This document shows, one piece after another, positions 10,905 through 21,781 of a DNA stretch of 64,000 nt (position 1 is its first letter; each line of letters starts with the position of its first letter). A program made the position numbers and the translations under genes. Source of the stretch: a virus (taxonomy: Duplodnaviria; Caudoviricetes); IMG/VR virus record IMGVR_UViG_3300013426_000025, positions 41,702 to 105,701 of that record. One strand, written 5' to 3'. Under the pieces are notes generated by a model that saw only the letters and a program-made list of their open reading frames with translations, was not told the origin of the DNA and searched no databases.

Positions 10905-13900
10905 TTAATATAATATTATATTGGCTGTTGTTATATTATTTATGTTACTATTTATACTTCCTATAAAATCATCAGAAAAAGTATTATCTGATGTATTAGG
11001 TAAATATATTTTACAAGCAGCATCTGGCTCAAATAAATGACACCCTAATTCAGCACCTGTACAGTTAGTAACTTTAAATAATAATACTTTAGTGATAATA
11101 CTAAAGAATACATACGAATTATCATAAGGAGCAAATGTATCAACAATATTTCCAACACCAAGTGCTGTTTTTACTTTAGTGGCAAAAGCCCCTTCTTTTA
11201 ATATATAATTACTATCTGAAAATTGAACGTCTGTATACCAAATACCAGAACTTGATAATTTAGATGTTATAGTACAAGAACTATCGCTTATGTTATTTTT
11301 TTGTAAATTTAAATCGCTCTGGTTATTATTACCTACAAGTCTTATGCAGTTATCTGGAGTGTTTTTAAGTAAATCCACTAATTGTTGCTCTGTAATTTTA
11401 TTGACATCCTGCACTTGTGCAAGAATAGGAAGTTCTTTTATTGTTATTTGGTTTGTTAACACATCCATAGTAACAATTGTAGAAAACCCTTTCTTAAATG
11501 TATATAGAGAGTTATCCTTACTATATATTGAATTATTATAATAGACTACATTTGTAGCATCACTCCAAATATTCAGACTTATGACAGCAGTAGACGTATC
11601 TGCTAAGTTCACTATTAAAGTGAATGTACCAGCAGTTTTATAGGCTGCATTAGGATTTATGTAAATAAAACTACTTGTATCACTTAATTTTGTGCCGTTT
11701 ATAGTATATACAACACTGTTATTTGGTTTTGGTACAATTGTAATATCTGGTGAAGAAATAGAAACAACATTGTCAGGGTCACTATTATTTTTTACAACCA
11801 TATAATTATTTGACGTAACAGCTTCTACAGAAAGATTTATAACAGACGCAGTTGTGACATTAGCAATTTTTGAATTAATGTTATCAATTTTAACTCCTAA
11901 ATCGGTAACTTTACTATCTACCTGTGTTGAAGTATAATAACTGTTTAAAGTAGTAGTAGTAACCAAATTCTTACTTGTAACAATATCATTTATTTTAGTA
12001 TTTAAAGTAGTTTCATCTATTGTTGCTTCAATAATTTGATTATCTACATAATCCTTACTAGCTAATGTATATTCATCCATGCTATTAAGTAGAGCATCTC
12101 CTGATATTTTACCATCTCCATCAACATAGCAAAATACTGTATCAGAAGTTATGAAATTATTATCACAATCAGTCTTTGTATAATAATTACTTAAATCTAC
12201 AGAGGTACTGCCAGTATTTAAGTTTTTAAGTTTATTATCAATATCTGTTTTGGTATAGAAGTTAGTACCAAAGTCTGTGAGACTACTGTTGGTAACATAA
12301 GTGTTTTGAGCCGCTGTTTTAGTTAAATAGTTAGTTAATGCACTATTAGTAACATATCCTTTGCTGTCTAAAATATTACTAAGTGCAGTTGTAGTAACAT
12401 ATCCTGAAAGATAACTGCTCATTGCTGTATTTGTTACGTAGCTTTTTAATGTATCAGTCAGTGAGGTTTTACTTGTATAATTATCAAGAGATGTTTTTGT
12501 AGCATAAGTATTAGCAGCATCAGTTTTCTTCAAATATAAGTTGATAGCACTTAATGTGTTCAAGGGTACAAGTTGTTTATCAGTATCATGTGCAATCATT
12601 TGAATACTACATGTTTGGAGGAAAGTATCAATTGTAATAACAGCTGTAACTTCCTCATCAACAGCAACGCCTCTAGAAACATTATAAGGAGCATTAACAA
12701 CGTTGTCTATTAAAGTACCAAGTTCAGAGTTCATTTTATTAGTAAATGAAAACGTATACCCCTCAGCCTTACGGGTACCTTTAATAACTAAAACACACTT
12801 AGTAGAACCTCTATATTGTTCTTCTTTTGGTGCATTAATATTTATATTAAATGGTCTTCCTGCTTCCGAATTTGCTTCTGTACCATCTATAATAAACATA
12901 AAGCCTGGTCTAGGTGTAAAATCAAATTCAGTACCTTCTTCTGAATCACCACTTAACCAATTAGGAATTTCTATAGCCACATCTCCTTTAATATCGAATG
13001 TAATAGTTTTCTTAATATATTCAGGAAAAGCAATTACATTATTTATTGCTTTATTATCACAAATTATAGTATTTTCATCAGTACTAATACTTAAAAAATT
13101 AACTAATTCGTTTGTTCCATTTGAATTTCCTTGATATATTTTTAATTTAAATTGTTCTGAAAAACTACTATTAACATAATTCTTACTTGCGTATGTACTT
13201 TCTGCCTCTGTTTTCTTCAAATACCCATCTAAATCAACACTGCCCCCAGTAGAAATATTTGCTAATTTAGTATCTATTTCTGATTTGTTGTAGAAGTTAC
13301 TTAAAGCTCTTATATCTACCAATACATAATCTGACAAACCGTTAAAATCACAGTCTTTATGGTCATCTGCAATACCAGTATCGTTTATAAGGAACTCCCA
13401 ATCAGTTGTAACATAATTAACTAATATATCACCAATATTATCTTCTGTTAGCCACCCCCCATCTGCATTAATGGGCATATACTTATTATCACTCTCTGTC
13501 TTATTATAGAAATTAGGAAGAGTAGTTACTGACTTTTCTACTAATACAACATCATGGTTACCTTGACCTATCGAGCCATCATTGGTAATCTTGTTAGTTA
13601 TTGTTGAAAATGGTATTTTAGCATCACCCTTACTACCAGCAATATAAAAAAAGTCCTGTTTTACTAGTGCCTGCTGCTGAACAAATGGTATCATTTGTTC
13701 TACTTGCCACCTTTGTATATCAGCCATTGCAGATTGATTATTTGTTACTGTAGAACTTAACTCACTAAATTGAGTATTAGTTACATAATTACTGAGGCTA
13801 TTGTCTATAAGGGTTTGTACATCTTGTTCTGTCATAGTTTCTCCTCCTGGATTTGGGTTAGGGTTATAATTTTTTAATAATTTATCAATTTCACTTTTAG

Positions 13901-14162
13901 TGTAATAATTTTTGAATAAGTCTTTTACCTCATCGTTTGTTGGGTAATTATTTAATTCTTCTTTTTTTACAAAAGTATCATCTGCCTCATCTTTAGTATA
14001 ATGGGTAGCATCCTTTGCATCTACTTCTTGTTTAGTGTAGTAATTATCTATAAGATAATCTCTTACACTTCTAAGTTCTTCCAGTGCTCCTTGCAGCATA
14101 CTGTTAATACTTCTATTAAATATAGAAGTAGCAGTACACCACATACCTTTTTTCTGTATCAT
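10905..14162 (-). CDS. Tail fibre-like protein with (N)YYTKxExD repeats
   Basis: 1085 aa; many NYYTK/NFYNKSEID/LSNYVT repeats typical of trimeric fibre shafts, with beta-rich domains between them. Confidence 0.65.
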   Translation of the reverse strand: MIQKKGMWCTATSIFNRSINSMLQGALEELRSVRDYLIDNYYTKQEVDAKDATHYTKDEADDTFVKKEELNNYPTNDEVKDLFKNYYTKSEIDKLLKNYNPNPNPGGETMTEQDVQTLIDNSLSNYVTNTQFSELSSTVTNNQSAMADIQRWQVEQMIPFVQQQALVKQDFFYIAGSKGDAKIPFSTITNKITNDGSIGQGNHDVVLVEKSVTTLPNFYNKTESDNKYMPINADGGWLTEDNIGDILVNYVTTDWEFLINDTGIADDHKDCDFNGLSDYVLVDIRALSNFYNKSEIDTKLANISTGGSVDLDGYLKKTEAESTYASKNYVNSSFSEQFKLKIYQGNSNGTNELVNFLSISTDENTIICDNKAINNVIAFPEYIKKTITFDIKGDVAIEIPNWLSGDSEEGTEFDFTPRPGFMFIIDGTEANSEAGRPFNININAPKEEQYRGSTKCVLVIKGTRKAEGYTFSFTNKMNSELGTLIDNVVNAPYNVSRGVAVDEEVTAVITIDTFLQTCSIQMIAHDTDKQLVPLNTLSAINLYLKKTDAANTYATKTSLDNYTSKTSLTDTLKSYVTNTAMSSYLSGYVTTTALSNILDSKGYVTNSALTNYLTKTAAQNTYVTNSSLTDFGTNFYTKTDIDNKLKNLNTGSTSVDLSNYYTKTDCDNNFITSDTVFCYVDGDGKISGDALLNSMDEYTLASKDYVDNQIIEATIDETTLNTKINDIVTSKNLVTTTTLNSYYTSTQVDSKVTDLGVKIDNINSKIANVTTASVINLSVEAVTSNNYMVVKNNSDPDNVVSISSPDITIVPKPNNSVVYTINGTKLSDTSSFIYINPNAAYKTAGTFTLIVNLADTSTAVISLNIWSDATNVVYYNNSIYSKDNSLYTFKKGFSTIVTMDVLTNQITIKELPILAQVQDVNKITEQQLVDLLKNTPDNCIRLVGNNNQSDLNLQKNNISDSSCTITSKLSSSGIWYTDVQFSDSNYILKEGAFATKVKTALGVGNIVDTFAPYDNSYVFFSIITKVLLFKVTNCTGAELGCHLFEPDAACKIYLPNTSDNTFSDDFIGSINSNINNITTANIILY

Positions 14163-14165
14163 ATA

Positions 14166-14387
14166 TTATATATTTTGAGTATTTAAACAGTTATTAAAGC
14201 ATTTAATATATTTATCCAAATAAATAAGGTCATCATCTTCCAAATAAGCAAGCACATCTTCATTATTAGATACTTCATTTATAAAATCAAGTACAATAAG
14301 AAGATTAAGTAAGCCTTTATTTATATGACCTCCTTCTTCTAATGCTTTAAAATAGTTCTCATACATAGTTAAAATAACATCATCCAT
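14166..14387 (-). CDS. Tail hub protein B-like
   Basis: 73 aa, YFKALEEGG..LLIVLDFINE; synteny after hub A. Confidence 0.55.
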   Translation of the reverse strand: MDDVILTMYENYFKALEEGGHINKGLLNLLIVLDFINEVSNNEDVLAYLEDDDLIYLDKYIKCFNNCLNTQNI

Positions 14388-15060
14388 TGCAATTACATTT
14401 ACCTGTTAGTGTGTAAGAAACACTTGTACCTGGCTGACTATCTTGGTAGAACTTATTAAACAAATTCTTTGCTAATGTCCAATCTTGTACAGTAAGTGCA
14501 GCATTAAACATTCTATATTCTATTACTTTTTGTAATAATGCGTCAGGTACTTTATTACAAGATACACAATCATCACCTAAATATCTACCATACCTTACAA
14601 TATCAGCCATCATTTTCTCTTTATCATATACTGCAAAAGTAAGAGTAGAATCAGAACAATCCGCTTGATATTTTGCTTCTGTCAGTGGGTCTAACTTAAG
14701 AGTAATGAAAATAATATCATTGCTGTCAAGTTCTATACCATTCAAATAAGAACTGTCAAAACCATTCGTCCAACTAAAATTTGTTTTAAGTTGGTAAGTA
14801 ATCATTTTATCATTTTCATACAATTTATTAAAGGCAATGTCAATCCAGTCTGCATAATCACTTTCTCCAATAGCAACAGAATAATCTATTATATCATATA
14901 AAGAATCTGTTATTTGAGGATTGGTGCTTAAATTTTTTCCATGCGCAATACATATACTTTGAAAATACGAATTTTTTGGTATAGTCACTGTAAAAGTTAC
15001 AATTGGTTTATTATTTTCATTAGGTACAAATGATATATTATTAAGTGTTATTAAATTCAT
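14380..15060 (-). CDS. Tail hub protein A-like
   Basis: 226 aa ending in CNCNG; synteny after the auxiliary capsid gene. Confidence 0.55.
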   Translation of the reverse strand: MNLITLNNISFVPNENNKPIVTFTVTIPKNSYFQSICIAHGKNLSTNPQITDSLYDIIDYSVAIGESDYADWIDIAFNKLYENDKMITYQLKTNFSWTNGFDSSYLNGIELDSNDIIFITLKLDPLTEAKYQADCSDSTLTFAVYDKEKMMADIVRYGRYLGDDCVSCNKVPDALLQKVIEYRMFNAALTVQDWTLAKNLFNKFYQDSQPGTSVSYTLTGKCNCNG

Positions 15061-15077
15061 AACATTTAAAAAATAAA

Positions 15078-15109
15078 AGGGAGAACACTATAAAAGTAAT
15101 GCTCTCCCT
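15078..15109 (-). terminator. Intrinsic terminator after the capsid/auxiliary capsid operon
   Basis: gggagaaca...tgctctccc hairpin followed on the minus strand by ttttatttttt. Confidence 0.65.
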
Positions 15110-15125
15110 ATAATTAGTAATCTAA

Positions 15126-16109
15126 TTAAACTGTAGGTTTATCAACAGTAAGGCCAGCACCCTCAAGTGCAGTGACAATACTTGCAGTTACACCTGTTGC
15201 AGTAGTAGGAATTGCAATCAAGATGTCTTTCTCAGACTGCTTGTAATCTACACCTCTACCAAGATAGTTATGATGAATTTCAATAACATCATAAGATGCT
15301 TCCTCATCAATCATATACTTAGTAGGAATTACATTAGGATAACCCATCATTCTCAGTCTGTCACCTCTTTCACCCATGCAGAAGTACTCAGTATCAGCAA
15401 GGTCATAGCCATTACCTACTACAGTAGCAGTATCTTGAAGAACTACTTCCTCAATAGCAGGAACCTCATCATTATTATACATGATGTCATCTGCATAAAC
15501 TTTAAAGTAAACAGGTTTCATAGGAGTAAGACCTCTTACCCAATCTTGCTTCAATTCAGTAAGTTTAACACCAGTATAAGTACCAGTAAAGTCATCTACC
15601 TTCTTGTCAGCAGTAACCTCAGTATTAGCAGAAGCACCTACCAACTCAATCTTGAAGAACTTATTAATCTCTCTAGAGAAATTCTTAGCAAGACTTACTG
15701 CAAGAGTAGCATAGAACTTACTCTCAGTCATACCAATAGTAGCAGCAACTACACCATACTTAGTGTAAATACTCTCATCCGAAATGTCAATATACTGACT
15801 AATTGCTACTCTGATAATATAGTTCTGACCAGGTACAGGAACTACTTTACCACCCTCTTTAATGTTCTGATTCAACTTAATAGTTGCAGACTTCAAAGGT
15901 CTGTTCATCATTGCTGCTGTATATTTTGCAGCCTTTACACCATTAGCAGGGATGATATAATCACTTGTAATAGGACCAGCAGGACCTTGATACAAAAGCC
16001 ATACTCTATCACCATTACTTTTTACTTCAATGTTACCAAGAGTGGTAGCATCTGCTGTGTTTGTTTTAGCCACATACATGTGTCTAACTTGGTTTGTTTG
16101 TACACCCAT
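15126..16109 (-). CDS. Auxiliary capsid protein
   Basis: 327 aa; N-terminus NQVRHMYVAK and ADTEYFCMGERGD motif of the crAss auxiliary capsid protein; strongly biased codon usage. Confidence 0.8.
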   Translation of the reverse strand: MGVQTNQVRHMYVAKTNTADATTLGNIEVKSNGDRVWLLYQGPAGPITSDYIIPANGVKAAKYTAAMMNRPLKSATIKLNQNIKEGGKVVPVPGQNYIIRVAISQYIDISDESIYTKYGVVAATIGMTESKFYATLAVSLAKNFSREINKFFKIELVGASANTEVTADKKVDDFTGTYTGVKLTELKQDWVRGLTPMKPVYFKVYADDIMYNNDEVPAIEEVVLQDTATVVGNGYDLADTEYFCMGERGDRLRMMGYPNVIPTKYMIDEEASYDVIEIHHNYLGRGVDYKQSEKDILIAIPTTATGVTASIVTALEGAGLTVDKPTV

Positions 16110-16126
16110 TTTTCAAAAAAATTAAA

Positions 16127-16849
16127 TTAAACATTAGATTGTCCTGCTTTCTTAGGCATCTTACTTTGTATAGCAAGATTTACTGCTCTTTCTAATATTG
16201 TTCTATGCAGTATAGGACTAACTTTACATTCTGTCTTTTTATTTATATTATCTATAGATAAACCAGTTGGTAAATCTGTTAGAATAATTGGAGTTGGTTT
16301 AGATAGGTATCTTACTAAGTATCTACCTATATTGTATTTAGAAATTAACTCTACTGCATCAGTACCTACATCAAGTCTGAGTACTCTCCTATTACTTGCT
16401 CCTTGAAAAGGATTTTTAGCAATTCTATAATATTCATCTTGTGTTACAGGAACAACAGGAATATCTTCCCCATTAAAACACATATCTTTATCATCTATAG
16501 TAACAGATTCATAAGTAATGAAAAGTAAGTCAGATGGAAGTTTATAGAAACTTGAGTTCTTAGATAATCCTATATAAGAACTTGAATTAAGTTTAGTATT
16601 TACAGTATATGTTTTAACAAGACCGCTTAAATATCTTCTCAGTTCTTCTGACTTTTCAAAGGATTCTCCAGAAAGTCTTCCTGTATACAAACTTATTAAG
16701 ATTGCTTCTTGAGCATTAGAGAGGAATACTGATTTTTCGTATTCATCCAATTCTATAGTAGTAGTGGTGGTAGTAGTACCAAAATCAAATTGTTTTGAAT
16801 AACTATCTAATAGAGAATCAAACTCATTGGAAAATTCTTCTGTTGTCAT
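16127..16849 (-). CDS. Tail ring protein R3-like
   Basis: MTTEEFSNEFD..LDEYEKSVFL; paralog of the adjacent gene. Confidence 0.75.
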   Translation of the reverse strand: MTTEEFSNEFDSLLDSYSKQFDFGTTTTTTTIELDEYEKSVFLSNAQEAILISLYTGRLSGESFEKSEELRRYLSGLVKTYTVNTKLNSSSYIGLSKNSSFYKLPSDLLFITYESVTIDDKDMCFNGEDIPVVPVTQDEYYRIAKNPFQGASNRRVLRLDVGTDAVELISKYNIGRYLVRYLSKPTPIILTDLPTGLSIDNINKKTECKVSPILHRTILERAVNLAIQSKMPKKAGQSNV

Positions 16850-16860
16850 AATAAATTATC

Positions 16861-17631
16861 TTATTCTGCTCTGGTTCCTAATTGTGTAACAGATGCTACA
16901 TCTCCTTGATATGCAATTTTAGCAAGTTCTACTGCTCTTTGAAGAATATCAGCGTGAACTTCTTCTGTAAGTTCACATCCTGTTTCTATACTTGTATTAT
17001 GAATCGATAATCCTGTAGGCAAATCAGTAAGAACAATAGGCCGAGGATATTTTACATATCTGATTTCATAGCCTCTCGCTCCTTCAGCAAACGTATTTGG
17101 TCCAGTTTGAGCCTTAATAAAGTTATCATTGTTACCAACAATGATTTGCGCAATTCCAGGAGAAGAAATTAATCTCCACGCTTGGTTCTTAAGAGGAAAC
17201 TTATAAGGTTTTGAAATAAGTCTGTTATATTCAGTATAAGTAATAGGAACTACACTAAGTCTTATTGTGTTTCCTCCCCTATTAACAATCATGTATTCGT
17301 TTAAAATTGCTATAGTATCTTTAGGAAATTCATAAAATTTAGAATCACCTTCTGTAATATTATTACCTAATCTAGTATTTTGATTACTTGCTAGATTAGG
17401 AATACTTGTAACAATCAAATTTGAAAAATCAATTTGTCTTTTTGCAGTATCATCAAAACCTTTCTTAATAGTATTACCTGTACTCTCAGCAGTAAAATAG
17501 TTCTTTACAATTTCATTCTGTGCTTTTGTAAGAAATACTGATTTCTCATATTCATCTAAACCAGGAGCCTGATTACTACTGATGTTATTATAGAGAACAT
17601 CAAACTCATTAGAGAACTCACTAGTTGTCAT
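16861..17631 (-). CDS. Tail ring protein R4/R5-like
   Basis: MTTSEFSNEFDVLYNNISSNQAPGLDEYEKSVFLTKAQ..ILQRAVELAK. Confidence 0.75.
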   Translation of the reverse strand: MTTSEFSNEFDVLYNNISSNQAPGLDEYEKSVFLTKAQNEIVKNYFTAESTGNTIKKGFDDTAKRQIDFSNLIVTSIPNLASNQNTRLGNNITEGDSKFYEFPKDTIAILNEYMIVNRGGNTIRLSVVPITYTEYNRLISKPYKFPLKNQAWRLISSPGIAQIIVGNNDNFIKAQTGPNTFAEGARGYEIRYVKYPRPIVLTDLPTGLSIHNTSIETGCELTEEVHADILQRAVELAKIAYQGDVASVTQLGTRAE

Positions 17632-17637
17632 AGTATT

Positions 17638-18513
17638 TTATTTTTTCAGTTGAGCCTCAAGAGCAAATTTCATCTCTTGATTTTTAGGATTAAGCAAGAA
17701 CTTGATTGCATTATCCATTGTTGGGTCTTCACCTTCTCTACACATTGGTACTTTAGTCTTATCATTCTTATAATAATAGAAATCACCATTCTTAACAACA
17801 AGACCATTACCAACAGATTTTTGCAACAAAATCATAATAGGCAATTTATCATTATTGATAATATCATATACCTTTTGTGCATCTTCCTCAATCTTCTTAT
17901 CAATCTCATTCTGAATAAACTCAATACTTGCATCATCAGATACTGCCCTACCATCAAGCATCTCCAATACTGTCTTAAGCATTGCAAAATCATCAGAGTT
18001 CTTACCTGCCCATTTAATACACTCAACTTTAATGTTTCTTTTCTTAGTCGCTCTTTTAAGTTCTGCTTGGTCTGATGTGATTACATAAAGATACGTAGCC
18101 AAAGGTCTCTCATCATAATCCTCTTGTGAAGGACAAATAAGGTTCTTATTAGCAAGCAAAACTTTATATTTAATATAATCATCAGGGTCAGTGAGGTGCA
18201 ATACATTGTCTCCTTTGGACAGTTCTACCTTATAGTTATCCCAAAAGTTTACACCATTCTTTCTATAAGCACCCATATCTACATCATAGATACTTTCAAA
18301 ATATGCTTTTTCTTCATTTGTAAGCACATTAACATAAGTACCTGTAGATTCCAAAATAGGTACAGTAAAAGTCTTTTTAGCACCCTCAGCCATACCACCA
18401 TACAATACATGATGGGGTTCCATAATAGAGCCTGGCTTTACTATAAATCTGATGATTAAAGTTTCATTTCTCAAGGGATTTACAATCCCATTTTCTTGTT
18501 CTCTTTCTTTCAT
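17638..18513 (-). CDS. Conserved crAss protein downstream of the major capsid gene
   Basis: 291 aa; HVLYGGMAEGA and DPDDYIKYKVLLAN; synteny. Confidence 0.6.
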   Translation of the reverse strand: MKEREQENGIVNPLRNETLIIRFIVKPGSIMEPHHVLYGGMAEGAKKTFTVPILESTGTYVNVLTNEEKAYFESIYDVDMGAYRKNGVNFWDNYKVELSKGDNVLHLTDPDDYIKYKVLLANKNLICPSQEDYDERPLATYLYVITSDQAELKRATKKRNIKVECIKWAGKNSDDFAMLKTVLEMLDGRAVSDDASIEFIQNEIDKKIEEDAQKVYDIINNDKLPIMILLQKSVGNGLVVKNGDFYYYKNDKTKVPMCREGEDPTMDNAIKFLLNPKNQEMKFALEAQLKK

Positions 18514-18530
18514 TTTATCTTCTCCTAAAA

Positions 18531-18570
18531 AGTGAGCATAAGGAGAGCCATTTATACTCTCCTTATACCC
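18531..18570 (-). terminator. Hairpin/terminator after the major capsid gene
   Basis: ataaggagag...ctctccttat inverted repeat with a T-run on the minus strand. Confidence 0.55.
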
Positions 18571-18586
18571 TATGTTATTAAATTAA

Positions 18587-20104
18587 TTAACCTTGCAATA
18601 CAGCAGGAATCAATGATACAGTTCTAGTTGGGTCAAGAACACAAGCACCCAAACTTGTCATAATATGTACTGTAGCACTATCCTCAGCATGGCTCATATT
18701 AGGATTACCATACTCACCTGTATAAGGATTGTAAAGACCCCACTCATAACCTCTTGCCTCGGGTTTATTCTTTACAGTACACTTGAAGATATTAGCCTCT
18801 CTAGAGGTACCCATATCAAAGATGTCAAATCTGCTAGACATTGCAGGCTTACCTTGCAACATAATCTTATTTCTAACATTGTCATCATAAGATGGGTCAA
18901 CATCCAACTTAACATTAATTCCATTAGGAGCAATCCACTCTGTAAACTGATAACCAGCCTTCAAAGCATTAGGATGCAACTTAGATGTAGTCTTAGAAAC
19001 TGCACCAAGAGCAGCAGCATCCAACTCCATATTAAACCAACCACTTGTCTCTTCTTTTACTGCCTTATGGAACTTAATAGCACCAACTTGGCCAGTCTTC
19101 AAAACAAAGGTTCTCTGCTCCATACCAATAACATTTGTAGTCAAATCATACAAAATGTCATCCAACAAGTCCAGAGTAAACTTATTGTAATACTGAGTAT
19201 TTGCTACTTCAATCTGTCTGTAAATACCATCACCCATTCTGATGACTTCACCACCCTTATCGTAGTTAGTGTACTCACCATTCATATTTCTGTTACTTAC
19301 ACCATAAGCCAATACATTAGACTTATACTCAGACCAAGTTTTCTCAAACTCCCAGTTCTCAATATGCATCCACATAGTCTCAGTGGTCTCTTGCATCCTA
19401 CCAGATTCCATTTGTCTTACCATAGGAATACCAAATGCAATCTTCTCATTGAACATATCACCAGAGAGTTTATCTTTCAATCTGATAGTAGTAAACTCAT
19501 TTCTCATAGAAGCAGGTGCTACATGTCTCACCCCGCCCACCTCTCTTGAGAGGCCACGTGCAACAGGTGCATAGTCATAAGAAAATTTCTTACCAGGAAG
19601 CAATTGTTTGGGGTCCATACCTCCCATTACATTACCCATCAATTCTACAGTATAAGAAACTGTAGTTCCTCTATACTTAGCAGGACCCAAAATTCTCAAA
19701 GGATAAACCTCATTAAGTTCACCCATGATTACCTCACCATCAAAGAACCAATCCTCACCAAATACAACCTCAAAAGGTGCTTTACCTTTACCTACCATAG
19801 TTGTAGTAGAGGTTGTTACTTTATTACCATTCTCATCAATAGCATAGAGCAATGGAATGTTTCTTCTAGACGAGCCAATAATATCCCATGTATAATCATG
19901 GTCATTTTCAAACTCTTTAACAGAGAATTGAGAGAGGAAAGCATCCAAAGTCTTACCTCTATTTACAGCCAAAAGTTGTACCATTATATTGGTAGCCTTT
20001 TGGGGGTGGAGTTGCATAAAATACCCCAAGTGGTTTTGTTTAGTAACCTCTGAAGCCCAGCCTTGAAAAGCTGCTGCTTGAAATTTACCTAATTTTCCAG
20101 CCAT
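18587..20104 (-). CDS. Major capsid protein
   Basis: 505 aa, starts MAGKLGKFQ and ends LDPTRTVSLIPAVLQG, matching my recollection of the phiCrAss001-type MCP; strongly biased codons. Confidence 0.9.
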   Translation of the reverse strand: MAGKLGKFQAAAFQGWASEVTKQNHLGYFMQLHPQKATNIMVQLLAVNRGKTLDAFLSQFSVKEFENDHDYTWDIIGSSRRNIPLLYAIDENGNKVTTSTTTMVGKGKAPFEVVFGEDWFFDGEVIMGELNEVYPLRILGPAKYRGTTVSYTVELMGNVMGGMDPKQLLPGKKFSYDYAPVARGLSREVGGVRHVAPASMRNEFTTIRLKDKLSGDMFNEKIAFGIPMVRQMESGRMQETTETMWMHIENWEFEKTWSEYKSNVLAYGVSNRNMNGEYTNYDKGGEVIRMGDGIYRQIEVANTQYYNKFTLDLLDDILYDLTTNVIGMEQRTFVLKTGQVGAIKFHKAVKEETSGWFNMELDAAALGAVSKTTSKLHPNALKAGYQFTEWIAPNGINVKLDVDPSYDDNVRNKIMLQGKPAMSSRFDIFDMGTSREANIFKCTVKNKPEARGYEWGLYNPYTGEYGNPNMSHAEDSATVHIMTSLGACVLDPTRTVSLIPAVLQG

Positions 20105-20131
20105 TTTATTTCTAATTTAAAAGTTAAAGTC

Positions 20132-21259
20132 TTAAACATCTGCAAAGTCCCATCCCTTAAAATTAGCATTTGAATCTTTTGAGAATCCCAAATCAAGTAC
20201 ACCTGCACTATTTCTTTGAGTGTTTTGAATAGCAGTTTCTAATTCAGAGATAGCCTTTTTCTTTTCTTTCTTTACAGCACCCTTAAACAGACTTCCAACT
20301 TCTTTAAATCCATTTGTCATTTGGTAAATCAGACCTATAGTTTCTTGGAACTCCAAAGGATGCTCATTAATGTATTTATTCACAGCAGTAAGGTAATTAC
20401 CATCCTTACCTCTATAAGTAGGTTTAGTTAAAGCGTCAAAAGCCTTTTGTCTTGTAACATTATCAATCTCTAATTCACCAAACAGTTTTCTTTTACTATC
20501 AAGCATATTAGTTTTCAATGTTTCAACATTCTTTTTAGTTTCAGCCTCTGCTTCTTCTTGTGCCTTCTTCTGTGTGTCAATTTCTTTTTGATACGAGTCC
20601 TTATAATAATTCTTCAGATTCTCAAGATACTCTTTTGCATCTTCTATATCAGTACCAGCACTAAAAGATTTGGTTGCTTCTTTCTCTGCCCTTTCCCTAC
20701 TGAATCCTTTATTAGTGAACTCTAACATAATAAGATTCTTTCTTAATGCTTCTCCATTATCATCTTCAGCAATAAGTTGTTCCTCAGTAATGGAACTTAA
20801 AGAATCTATTGCGTTTTGATATTGTTGTATTACAGAAGGTTCTACACCCGCATTAAGTGCTTCATCTGCTTTTCTAATTCTATCTTCCATACTAGCAGTA
20901 ATTTGTTTATTTACTGCTGCATAAAGAGTTTCAGCATCTGTAATACCATCAATTTCTTCATCAGTAAGGTCAGGAAGAGTACCATCCTCTCTCATAAGGC
21001 TGGCAATGGAAGAGTATATTTTTGGAGAAGAACCACCCTTAATATCCTTAGGTTGGTCTTCTTCCTTTCCTTCTGTATCTTGCTCTTCATTACCTACGCT
21101 CTCTGGATGTTGTTCATCCTCAGTAATTACTTCATTTTCATCTGGTTCTTGTTCCTGTGTTTCTTCAACATCAGGATTTTCAATATCAGGAGAGCCCTTA
21201 AACAAATCTGCAATGGCTTCTTGTCCTGATAATATTCCTTCAACTTGATAACTTGCCAT
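20132..21259 (-). CDS. Acidic capsid-assembly (scaffold-like) protein
   Basis: 375 aa, acidic N-terminus, coiled coil, directly upstream of the MCP gene. Confidence 0.6.
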   Translation of the reverse strand: MASYQVEGILSGQEAIADLFKGSPDIENPDVEETQEQEPDENEVITEDEQHPESVGNEEQDTEGKEEDQPKDIKGGSSPKIYSSIASLMREDGTLPDLTDEEIDGITDAETLYAAVNKQITASMEDRIRKADEALNAGVEPSVIQQYQNAIDSLSSITEEQLIAEDDNGEALRKNLIMLEFTNKGFSRERAEKEATKSFSAGTDIEDAKEYLENLKNYYKDSYQKEIDTQKKAQEEAEAETKKNVETLKTNMLDSKRKLFGELEIDNVTRQKAFDALTKPTYRGKDGNYLTAVNKYINEHPLEFQETIGLIYQMTNGFKEVGSLFKGAVKKEKKKAISELETAIQNTQRNSAGVLDLGFSKDSNANFKGWDFADV

Positions 21260-21283
21260 ATTTACTTCTCCTTAAAATTTTCA

Positions 21284-21314
21284 CAAAGTTATATAAAAAG
21301 ATTGAATCCTACAA
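21284..21314 (-). promoter_or_regulatory. Bacteroidota-type promoter for the capsid operon
   Basis: ttgt-aggattcaatctttttata-taactttg. Confidence 0.75.
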
Positions 21315-21355
21315 GTTGATTATAATTTTTATTATAAACACATAATAAAATTGTA

Positions 21356-21781
21356 TTATTCAATTCCTAAATATCCTTGTCTACAATGTTTACACAGAAA
21401 CTGCTTTGATTTCTTAAACAATATTTTACTAACATTTCCTGATAAATACTGTATTTCTTCTCCATAAGGATTTAGTTCATAATATTTTCCTATATGTGTT
21501 ATAAGATGACCTTTTTCATGTTCTAATACATCTTGAAATTCATCAGGAGACGATGTAAGACCTATAACAATAAGCGTTCTCTTTAAAGAATAGTTTGTGT
21601 ATGTAAATCCTTCATTATATCTACATTCATCAAGTAATCTCTTTGCCTTAAAGTATTCACTTGCACTTGGGTCTAACTCAAGTAAATCTGAAAGAATATC
21701 ATCAGTATAGTAAGTATCTACAGCATAATAAATCTTAACTGACCAATCATATTCTTTCAGATAAAACTCTTGAGTAATCAT
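21356..21781 (-). CDS. Putative zinc metalloprotein (HEKGH)
   Basis: Start moved to MITQEFY, which overlaps the upstream stop (ATGA); HExxH motif plus a downstream Glu (GEEIQYL). Confidence 0.6.
   Translation of the reverse strand: MITQEFYLKEYDWSVKIYYAVDTYYTDDILSDLLELDPSASEYFKAKRLLDECRYNEGFTYTNYSLKRTLIVIGLTSSPDEFQDVLEHEKGHLITHIGKYYELNPYGEEIQYLSGNVSKILFKKSKQFLCKHCRQGYLGIE

Noticed and set aside
15270-16130. 286-aa antisense ORF opposite the auxiliary capsid gene
   Set aside because: Same shadow-ORF effect; its composition mirrors the sense-strand codons
18665-20053. Long antisense ORFs (294 aa and 149 aa) opposite the major capsid gene
   Set aside because: Shadow ORFs caused by the biased codon usage of a highly expressed gene; no start context or motifs
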